Source: the human T2T-CHM13v2.0 reference genome, Homo sapiens
DNA: 64,000 bases
Reading direction: 5' to 3' (one strand)
Assembly: GCF_009914755.1 (NCBI RefSeq)
Contig: NC_060926.1
Positions within the stretch are counted from its first letter, which is position 1. Every line of letters begins with the position of its first letter. Positions 1-10,100 of this stretch are shown here, piece by piece. The notes below the pieces were generated by a model. The model searched no databases. It was not told where the DNA came from and worked only from the letters and a program-made list of their open reading frames with translations. The position numbers were made by a program, and so were the translations under genes.

Positions 1-40
1 TTGTAATATCTGCAAGAGGATATTTGGATAGCTTTGAGGA

Positions 41-57
41 TTTCGTTGGAAACGGGA
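41..57 (+). other. CENP-B box (first of roughly 188 box positions; next at 383 and 721)
   Basis: TTTCGTTGGAAACGGGA matches the 17-bp consensus YTTCGTTGGAARCGGGA with all nine essential bases (nTTCGnnnnAnnCGGGn). It lies in M2 and M4, with canonical spacing alternating 342/338 bp. The total is estimated as 64000/340. Confidence 0.98.
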
Positions 58-211
58 TTGTCTTCATATAAACTCTAGATAGAAGCATTCTCAGAAGCTT
101 CATTGGGATGTTTCAATTGAAGTCACAGTGTTGAACAGTTCCTTTCATAGAACAGGTTTGAAACACTCTTTTTGTAGTATCTGGAAGTGGACATTTGGAG
201 CGCTCTCAGGA

Positions 212-228
212 CTATGGTGAAAAAGGAA
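212..228 (+). other. pJ-alpha (A-type) box at the position homologous to the CENP-B box; also at 550-566 and in most M1/M3 monomers
   Basis: CTATGGTGAAAAAGGAA is the reverse complement of the pJ-alpha motif TTCCTTTTYCACCRTAG and lies exactly 171 bp after the box at 41. Confidence 0.85.
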
Positions 229-382
229 ATATCTTCCAATAAAAGCTACATAGAAGCAATGTCAGAAACTTTTTCATGATGTATCTACTCAGCTAACAGA
301 GTTGAACCTTTCCTTTGAGAGAGCAGTTTTGAAACACTCTTTTTGTGGAATCTGCAAGTGGATATTTGTCTAGCTTTGAGGA

Positions 383-399
383 TTTCGTTGGAAACGGGA
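383..399 (+). other. CENP-B box in the 167-bp monomer M2
   Basis: TTTCGTTGGAAACGGGA followed by TTACATATAAAAAGCAGACAGC. The M4 box is instead followed by TTGTCTTCATATAAACTCTAGA. Confidence 0.98.
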
Positions 400-765
400 T
401 TACATATAAAAAGCAGACAGCAGCATTCCCAGTAACTTCTTTGTGATGTTTGCATTCAAGTCACAGAGTTGAACATTCCCTTTCATAGAGCAGGTTTGAA
501 ACACTCTTTTTGTAGTATCTGGATGTGGACATTTGGAGCGCTTTCAGGCCTATGGTGAAAAAGGAAATATCTTCCCCTGAAAACTAGACAGAAGCATTCT
601 CAGAAACTTATTTGTGATGTGCGCCCTCAACTAACAGTGTTGAAGCTTTCTTTTGATAGAGCAGTTTTGAAACACTCTTTTCGTAAAATCTGCAAGAGGA
701 TATTTTGATAGCTTTGAGGATTTCGTTGGAAACGGGATTGTCTTCATATAAACTCTAGACAGAAG

Positions 766-1103
766 CATTCTCAGAAGCTTCATTGGGATGTTTCAATTGA
801 AGTCACAGTGTTGAACAGTCCCTTTCATAGAGCAGGTTTGAAACACTCTTTTTGTAGTATCTGGATGTGGACATTTGGAGCGCTTTCAGGCCTATGGTTT
901 AAAAGGAAATATCTTCCCCTGAAAACTAGACAGAAGCATTCTCAGAAACTTATTTGTGATGTGCGCCCTCAACTAACAGTGTTGAAGCATTCTTTTGATA
1001 GAGCTGTTTTGAAACACTCTTTTTGTGGAATCTGCAAGTGGATATTTGTCTAGCTTTGAGGATTTCTTTGGAAACGGGATTAATTATAAAAAGCAGACAG
1101 CAG
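766..1103 (+). repeat. Variant double-chimeric dimer (M1/M3 hybrid + M4/M2 hybrid) with GGTTTAAAAGG and AAGCATTCTTTTG markers; at least 16 copies
   Basis: The monomer starts as M1 (CATTGGGATGTTTCAATTG) but ends as M3 (GGATGTGG...CTTTCAGGCC...CCCCTGAAAAC). The next starts as M4 (GTGCGCCC) and ends as M2 (GTGGAATCTGCAAGTGG...box). Copies are tagged by the 81-aa pseudo-ORFs at 808, 5567, 7607, 10664, 12706, 15084, 16105, 18144, 19505, 22901, 40547, 46995, 49038, 51415, 57525, 59568. Confidence 0.9.
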
Positions 1104-4100
1104 CATTCCCAGAATCTTGTTTGTGATGTTTGCATTCAAGTCACAGAGTTGAACATTCCCTTTCAGAGAGCAGGTTTGAAACACTCTTTTTATAGTATCT
1201 GGATGTGGACATTTGGAGCGCTTTCAGGCCTATGATGAAAAAGGAAATATCTTCTCCTGAAAACTAGACAGAAGCATTCTCAGAATCTTATTTGTGATGT
1301 GCGCCCTCAACTAACAGTGTTGAAGCTTTCTTTTGATAGAGCAGTTTTGAAACACTCTTTTCGTAAAATCTGCAAGAGGATATTTGGATAGCTTTGAGGA
1401 TTTCGTTGGAAACGGGATTGTCTTCATATAGACTCTAGACAGAAGCATTCTCAGAAGCTTCATTGGGATGTTTCAATTGAAGTCACAGTGTTGAACAGTC
1501 CCTTTCATAGAGCAGGTTTGAAACACTCTTTTTGTAGTATCTGGAAGTGGACATTTGGAGAGATCTCAGGAATACGGTGATAAAGGAAATATCTTCCAAT
1601 AAAAGCTAGATAGAAGCAATGTCAGAAACTTTTTCATGATGTATCTACTCAGCTAACAGAGTTGAACGTTTCTTTTGAGAGAGCAGTTTTGAAACACTCT
1701 TTTTGTGGAATCTGCAAGTGGATATTTGTCTAGCTTTGAGGATTTCGTTGGAAACGGGATTACATATAAAAAGCAGACAGCAGCATTCCCAGTAACTTCT
1801 TTGTGATGTTTGCATTCAAGTCACAGAGTTGAACATTCCCTTTCATAGAGCAGGTTTGAAACACTTTTTTTGTAGTATCTGGATGTGGACATTTGGAGCG
1901 CTTTCAGGCCTATGGTGAAAAAGGAAATATCTTCCAATAAAAGCTACATAGAAGCAATGTCAGAAACTTTTTCATGATGTATCTACTCAGCTAACAGAGT
2001 TGAACCTTTCTTTTGAGAGAGCAGTTTTGAAACACTCTTTTTGTAAAATCTGCAAGAGGATATTTGGATAGCTTTGAGGATTTCGTTGGAAACGGGATTG
2101 TCTTCATATAAACTCTAGACAGAAGCATTCTCAGAAGCGTCATTGGGATGTTTCAATTGAAGTCACAGTGTTGAACAGTCCCTTTCATAGAGCAGGTTTG
2201 AAACACTCTTTTTGTAGTATCTGGATGTGGACATTTGGAGCGCTTTCAGGCCTATGGTGAAAAAGGAAATATCTTCCCCTGAAAACTAGACAGAAGCATT
2301 CTCAGAAACTTATTTGTGATGTGCGCCTTCAACTAACAGTGTTGAAGCATTCTTTTGATAGAGCAGTTTTGAAACACTCTTTTTGTGGAATCTGCAAGTG
2401 GATATTTGTCTTGCTTTGAGGATTTCGTTGGAAACGGGATTACATATAAAAAGCAGACAGCAGCATTCCCAGAAACTTCTTTGTGATGTTTGCATTCAAG
2501 TCACAGAGTTGAACATTCCCTTTCAGAGAGCAGGTTTGAAACACTCTTTTTGTAGTATCTGGATGTGGACATTTGGAGCGCTTTCAGCCCTATGGTGAAA
2601 AAGGAAATATCTTCCCCTGAAAACTAGACAGAAGCATTCTCAGAATCTTATTTGTGATGTGCGCCCTCAACTAACAGTGTTGAAGCTTTCTTTTGATAGA
2701 GCAGTTTTGAAACACTCTTTTTGTAAAATCTGCAAGAGGATATTTGGATAGCTTTGAGGATTTCGTTGGAAACGGGATTGTCTTCCTATAAACTCTAGAC
2801 AGAAGCATTCTCAGAAGCTTCATTGGGATGTTTCAATTGAAGTCACAGTGTTGAACAGTCCCTTTCATAGAGCAGGTTTGAAACACTCTTTTTGTAGTAT
2901 CTGGAAGTGGACATTTGGAGCGCTCTCAGGACTGCGGTGAAAAAGGAACTATCTTCCAATAAAAGCTAGATAGAAGCAATGTCAGAAACTTTTTCATGAT
3001 GTATCTACTCAGCTAACAGAGTTGAACCTTCCTTTGAGAGAGCAGTTTTGAAACACTCTTTTTGTGGAATCTGCAAGTGGATATTTGTCTAGCTTCGAGG
3101 ATTTCGTTGGAAACGGGATTACATATAAAAAGCAGACAGCAGCATTCCCAGAAACTTCTTTGTGATGTTTGCATTCAAGTCACAGAGTGGAACATTCCGT
3201 TTCATAGAGCAGGTTTGAAACACTCTTTTTGTAGTATCTGGATGTGGACATTTGCAGCGCTTTCAGGCCTATGGTGAAAAAGGAAATATCTTCCCCTGAA
3301 AACTAGACAGAAGCATTCTCAGAAACTTATTTGTGATGTGCGCCCTCAACTAACAGTGTTGAAGCTTTCTTTTGATAGAGCAGTTTTGAAACACTCTTTT
3401 TGTAATATCTGCAAGAGGATATTTGGATAGCTTTGAGGATTTCGTTGGAAACGGGATTGTCTTCATATAAACTCTAGACAGAAGCATTCTCAGAAGCTTC
3501 ATTGGGATGTTTCAATTGAAGTCACAGTGTTGAACAGTTCCTTTCATAGAACAGGTTTGAAACACTCTTTTTGTAGTATCTGGAAGTGGACATTTGGAGC
3601 GCTCTCAGGACTACGGTGAAAATGGAAATATCTTCCAATAAAAGCTACATAGAAGCAATGTCAGAAACTTTTTCATGATGTATCTACTCAGCTAACAGAG
3701 TTGAACCTTTCCTTTGAGAGAGCAGTTTTGAAACACTCTTTTTGTGGAATCTGCAAGTGGATATTTGTCTAGCTTTGAGGATTTCGTTGGAAACGGGATT
3801 ACATATAAAAAGCAGACAGCAGCATTCCCAGAATCTTCTTTGTGATGTTTGCATTCAAGTCACAGAGTTGAACATTCCCTTTCATAGAGCAGGTTTGAAA
3901 CACTCTTTTTGTAGTATCTGGATGTGGACATTTGGAGCGCTTTCAGGCCTATGGTGAAAAAGGAAATATCTTCCCCTGAAAACTAGACAGAAGCATTCTC
4001 AGAATCTTATTTGTGATGTGCGCCCTCAACTAACAGTGTTGAACCTTTCTTTTGATAGAGCAGTTTTGAAACACTCTTTTTGTAATATCTGCAAGAGGAT

Positions 4101-7100
4101 ATTTGGATAGCTTTGAGGATTTCGTTGGAAACGGGATTGTCTTCATATAAACTCTAGACAGAAGCATTCTCAGAAGCTTCATTGGGATGTTTCAATTGAA
4201 GTCACAGTGTTGAACAGTCCCTTTCATAGAGCAGGTTTGAAACACTCTTTTTGTAGTATCTGGAAGTGGACATTTGGAACGCTCTCAGGACTGCGGTGAA
4301 AAAGGAAATATCTTCCAATAAAAGCTAGATAGAAGCAATGTCAGAAACTTTTTCATGATGTATCTACTCAGCTAACAGAGTTGAACCTTTCCTTTGAGAG
4401 AGCAGTTTTGAAACACTCGTTTTGTGGAATCTGCAAGTGGATATTTGTCTACCTTTGAGGATTTCGTTGGAAACGGGATTACATATAAAAAGCAGACAGC
4501 AGCATTCCCAGAAACTTCTTTGTGATGTTTGCATTCAAGTCACAGAGTTGAACATTCCCTTTCATAGAGCAGGTTTGAAACACTCTTTTTGTAGTATCTG
4601 GATGTGGACATTTGCAGCGCTTTCAGGCCTAAGGTGAAAAAGGAAATATCTTCCCCTGAAAACTAGACAGAAGCATTCTCAGAAACTTATTTGTGATGTG
4701 CGCCCTCAACTAACAGTGTTGAAGCTTTCTTTTGATAGAGCAGTTTTGAAACACTCTTTTTGTAATATCTGCAAGAGGATATTTGGATAGCTTTGAGGAT
4801 TTCGTTGGAAACGGGATTGTCTTCATATAAACTCTAGACAGAAGCATTCTCAGAAGCTTCATTGGGATGTTTCAATTGAAGTCACAGTGTTGAACAGTTC
4901 CTTTCATAGAACAGGTTTGAAACACTCTTTTTGTAGTATCTGGAAGTGGACATTTGGAGCGCTCTCAGGACTATGGTGAAAAAGGAAATATCTTCCAATA
5001 AAAGCTACATAGAAGCAATGTCAGAAACTTTTTCATGATGTATCTACTCAGCTAACAGAGTTGAACCTTTCCTTTGAGAGAGCAGTTTTGAAACACTCTT
5101 TTTGTGGAATCTGCAGGTGGATATTTGTCTAGCTTTGAGGATTTCGTTGGAAACGGGATTACATATAAAAAGCAGACAGCAGCATTCCCAGTAACTTCTT
5201 TGTGATGTTTGCATTCAAGTCACAGAGTTGAACATTGCCTTTCATAGAGCAGGTTTCAAACACTCTTTTTGTAGTATCTGGATGTGGACATTTGGAGCGC
5301 TTTCAGGCCTATGGTGAAAAAGGAAATATCTTCCCCTGAAAACTAGACAGAAGCATTCTCAGAATCTTATTTGTGATGTGCGCCCTCAACTAACAGTGTT
5401 GAAGCTTTCTTTTGATAGAGCAGTTTTGAAACACTCTTTTTGTAAAATCTGCAAGAGGATATTTGGATAGCTTTGAGGATTTCGTTGGAAACGGGATTGT
5501 CTTCATATAAACTCTAGACAGAAGCATTCTCAGAAGCTTCATTGGGATGTTTCAATTGAAGTCACAGTGTTGAACAGTCCCTTTCATAGAGCAGGTTTCA
5601 AACACTCTTTTTGTAGTATCTGGATGTGGACATTTGGAGCGCTTCCAGGCCTATGGTTTAAAAGGAAATATCTTCCCCTGAAAACTAGACAGAAGCATTC
5701 TCAGAAACTTATTTGTGATGTGCGCCCTCAACTAACAGTGTTGAAGCATTCTTTTGATAGAGCAGTTTTGAAACACTCTTTTTGTGGAATCTGCAAGTGG
5801 ATATTTGTCTAGCTTTGAGGATTTCGTTGGAAACGGGATTACATATAAAAAGCAGACAGCAGCATTCCCAGAAACTTCTTTGTGATGTTTGCATTCAAGT
5901 CACAGAGTTGAACATTCCCTTTCATAGAGCAGGATTGAAACACTCTTTTTGTAGTATCTGGTTGTGGACATTTGGAGCGCTTTCAGACCTATGGTGAAAA
6001 AGGAAATATCTTGCCCTGAAAACTAGACAGAAGCATTCTCAGAAACTTATTTGTGATGTGCGCCCTCAACTAACAGTGTTGAAGCTTTCTTTTGATAGAG
6101 CAGTTTTGAAACACTCTTTTTGTAATATCTGCAAGAGGATATTTGGATAGATTTGAGGATTTCGTTGGAAACGGGATTGTCTTCATATAAACTCTAGACA
6201 GAAGCATTCTCAGAAGCTTCATTGGGATGTTTCAATTGAAGTCACAGTGTTGAACAGTCCCTTTCATAGAGCAGGTTTGAAACACTCTTTTTGTAGTATC
6301 TGGAAGTGGACATTTGGAGAGATCTCAGGAAAACGGTGATAAAGGAAATATCTTCCAATAAAAGCTACATAGAAGCAATGTCAGAAACTTTTTTATGATG
6401 TATCTACTCAGCTAACAGAGTTGAACCTTTCTTTTGAGAGAGCAGTTTTGAAACACTCTTTTTGTGTAATCTGCAAGTGTATATTTGTCTAGATTTGAGG
6501 ATTTCGTTGGAAACGGGATTACATATAAAAAGCAGACAGCAGCATTCCCAGTAACTTCTTTGTGAGGTTTGCATTCAAGTCACAGAGTTGAACATTCCCT
6601 TTCATAGAGCAGGTTTGCAACACTCTTTTTGTAGTATCTGGATGTGGAAATTTGGAGCGCTTTCAGGCCTATGGTGAAAAAGGAAATATCTTCCAATAAA
6701 AGCTACATAGAAGCAATGTCAGAAACTTTTTCATGATGTATCTACTCAGCTAACAGAGTTGAACCTTTCTTTTGAGAGAGCAGTTTTGAAACACTCTTTT
6801 TGTGGAATCTGGAAGTGGATATTTGTCTAGCTTTGAGGATTTCGTTGGAAACGGGATTACATATAAAAAGCAGACAGCAGCATTCCCAGTAACTTCTTTG
6901 TGATGTTTGCATTCAAGTCACAGAGTTGAACATTCCCTTTCATAGAGCAGGTTTGAAACACTCTTTTTGTAGTATCTGGATGTGGACATTTGGAGCGCTT
7001 TCAGGCCTATGGTGAAAAAGGAAATATCTTCCCCTGAAAACTAGACAGAAGAATTCTCAGAGTCTTATTTGTGATGTGCGCCCTCAACTAACAGTGTTGA

Positions 7101-10100
7101 AGCTTTCTTTTGATAGAGCAGTTTTGAAACACTCTTTTTGTAATATCTGCAAGAGGATATTTGGATAGATTTGAGGATTTCGTTGGAAACGGGATTGTCT
7201 TCATATAAACTCTAGACAGAAGCATTCTCAGAAGCTTCATTGGGATGTTTCAATTGAAGTCACAGTGTTGAACAGTCCCTTTCATAGAGCAGGTTTGAAA
7301 CACTCTTTTTGTAGTATCTGGAAGTGGACATTTGGAGAGATCTCAGGAAAACGGTGATAAAGGAAATATCTTCCAATAAAAGCTACATAGAAGCAATGTC
7401 AGAAACTTTTTTATGATGTATCTACTCAGCTAACAGAGTTGAACCTTTCTTTTGAGAGAGCAGTTTTGAAACACTCTTTTCGTAAAATCTGCAAGAGGAT
7501 ATTTGGATAGCTTTGAGGATTTCGTTGGAAACGGGATTGTCTTCATATAAACTCTAGACAGAAGCATTCTCAGAAGCGTCATTGGGATGTTTCAATTGAA
7601 GTCACAGTGTTGAACAGTCCCTTTCATAGAGCAGGTTTGAAACACTCTTTTTGTAGTATCTGGATGTGGACATTTGGAGCGCTTTCAGGCCTATGGTTTA
7701 AAAGGAAATATCTTCCCCTGAAAACTAGACAGAAGCATTCTCAGAAACTTATTTGTGATGTGCGCCTTCAACTAACAGTGTTGAAGCATTCTTTTGATAG
7801 AGCAGTTTTGAAACACTCTTTTTGTGGAATCTGCAAGTGGATATTTGTCTAGCTTTGAGGATTTCGTTGGAAACGGGATTACATATAAAAAGCAGACAGC
7901 AGCATTCCCAGAAACTTCTTTGTGATGTTTGCATTCAAGTCACAGAGTTGAACATTCCCTTTCAGAGAGCAGGTTTGAAACACTCTTTTTGTAGTATCTG
8001 GATGTGGACATTTGGAGCGCTTTCAGCCCTATGGTGAAAAAGGAAATATCTTCCCCTGAAAACTAGACAGAAGCATTCTCAGAATCTTATTTGTGATGTG
8101 CGCCCTCAACTAACAGTGTTGAAGCTTTCTTTTGATAGAGCAGTTTTGAAACACTCTTTTTGTAAAATCTGCAAGAGGATATTTGGATAGCTTTGAGGAT
8201 TTCGTTGGAAACGGGATTGTCTTCATATAAACTCTAGACAGAAGCATTCTCAGAAGCTTCATTGGGATGTTTCAATTGAAGTCACAGTGTTGAACAGTCC
8301 CTTTCATAGAGCAGGTTTGAAACACTCTTTTTGTAGTATCTGGAAGTGGACATTTGGAGCGCTCTCAGGACTGCGGTGAAAAAGGAACTATCTTCCAATA
8401 AAAGCTAGATAGAAGCAATGTCAGAAACTTTTTCATGATGTATCTACTCAGCTAACAGAGTTGAACCTTCCTTTGAGAGAGCAGTTTTGAAACACTCTTT
8501 TTGTGGAATCTGCAAGTGGATATTTGTCTAGCTTTGAGGATTTCGTTGGAAACGGGATTACATATAAAAAGCAGACAGCAGCATTCCCAGAAACTTCTTT
8601 GTGATGTTTGCATTCAAGTCACAGAGTTGAACATTCCCTTTCATAGAGCAGGTTTGAAACACTCTTTTTGTAGTATCTGGATGTGGACATTTGCAGCGCT
8701 TTCAGGCCTAAGGTGAAAAAGGAAATATCTTCCCCTGAAAACTAGACAGAAGCATTCTCAGAAACTTATTTGTGATGTGCGCCCTCAACTAACAGTGTTG
8801 AAGCTTTCTTTTGATAGAGCAGTTTTGAAACACTCTTTTTGTAATATCTGCAAGAGGATATTTGGATAGCTTTGAGGATTTCGTTGGAAACGGGATTGTC
8901 TTCATATAAACTCTAGGCAGAAGCATTCTCAGAAGCTTCATTGGGATGTTTCAATTGAAGTCACAGTGTTGAACAGTTCCTTTCATAGAACAGGTTTGAA
9001 ACACTCTTTTTGTAGTATCTGGAAGTGGACATTTGGAGCGCTCTCAGGACTACGGTGAAAATGGAAATATCTTCCAATAAAAGCTACATAGAAGCAATGT
9101 CAGAAACTTTTTCATGATGTATCTACTCAGCTAACAGAGTTGAACCTTTCCTTTGAGAGAGCAGTTTTGAAACACTCTTTTTGTGGAATCTGCAAGTGGA
9201 TATTTGTCTAGCTTTGAGGATTTCGTTGGAAACGGGATTACATATAAAAAGCAGACAGCAGCATTCCCAGAATCTTCTTTGTGATGTTTGCATTCAAGTC
9301 ACAGAGTTGAACATTCCCTTTCATAGAGCAGGTTTGAAACACTCTTTTTGTAGTATCTGGATGTGGACATTTGGAGCGCTTTCAGGCCTATGGTGAAAAA
9401 GGAAATATCTTCCCCTGAAAACTAGACAGAAGCATTCTCAGAATCTTATTTGTGATGTGCGCCCTCAACTAACAGTGTTGAAGCTTTCTTTTGATAGAGC
9501 AGTTTTGAAACACTCTTTTTGTAAAATCTGCAAGAGGATATTTGGATAGCTTTGAGGATTTCGTTGGAAACGGGATTATCTTCATATAAACTCTAGACAG
9601 AAGCATTCTCAGAAGCTTCATTGGGATGTTTCAATTGAAGTCACAGTGTTGAACAGTCCCTTTCATAGAGCAGGTTTGAAACACTCTTTTTGTAGTATCT
9701 GGAAGTGGACATTTGGAACACTCTCAGGACTGCGGTGAAAAAGGAAATATCTTCCAATAAAAGCTAGATAGAAGCAATGTCAGAAACTTTTTCATGATGT
9801 ATCTACTCAGCTAACAGAGTTGAACCTTTCTTTTGAGAGAGCAGTTTTGAAACACTCTTTTTGTGGAATCTGCAAGTGGATATTTGTCTAGCTTTGAGGA
9901 TTTCGTTGGAAACGTGATTACATATAAAAAGCAGACAGCAGCATTCCCAGTAACTTCTTTGTGATGTTTGCATTCAAGTCACAGAGTTGAACATTCCCTT
10001 TCATAGAGCAGGTTTGAAACACTTTTTTTGTAGTATCTGGATGTGGACATTTGGAGCGCTTTCAGGCCTATGGTGAAAAAGGAAATATCTTCCAATAAAA

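Larger units (their letters stand above)
86..765 (+). repeat. D2Z1: Representative canonical 680-bp 4-mer HOR (M1 86-256, M2 257-423, M3 424-594, M4 595-765); probably the SF2 chromosome-2 active array D2Z1/S2C2H1L
   Basis: Seen: four distinct monomer starts (CATTCTCAGAAGCTTCATTGGG, CAATGTCAGAAACTTTTTCATG, CATTCCCAG, CATTCTCAGAAACTTATTTGTGATGTGCGCC) at 86, 257, 424, 595, then M1 again at 766. Lengths 171+167+171+171=680. XbaI site TCTAGA at 74 and 754. Established: alternating A/B-box dimeric organisation is typical of SF1/SF2 arrays, and a 680-bp tetramer is the known HOR of human chr2 D2Z1. Inference: the locus and species assignment, which I have not searched. Confidence 0.75.

Noticed and set aside
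94-121. Short palindromes GAAGCTTC (94-101) and TTCAATTGAA (112-121) in M1 as possible cruciform or terminator elements
   Set aside because: They are only 8-10 bp with no extended stem. Short dyads are already known in alphoid DNA, and nothing here supports a specific function.
402-412. TATAAAA after the M2 box as a TATA promoter
   Set aside because: It is part of an AT-rich repeat present in every unit. Alpha satellite can be transcribed, but the sequence alone gives no evidence of initiation here.
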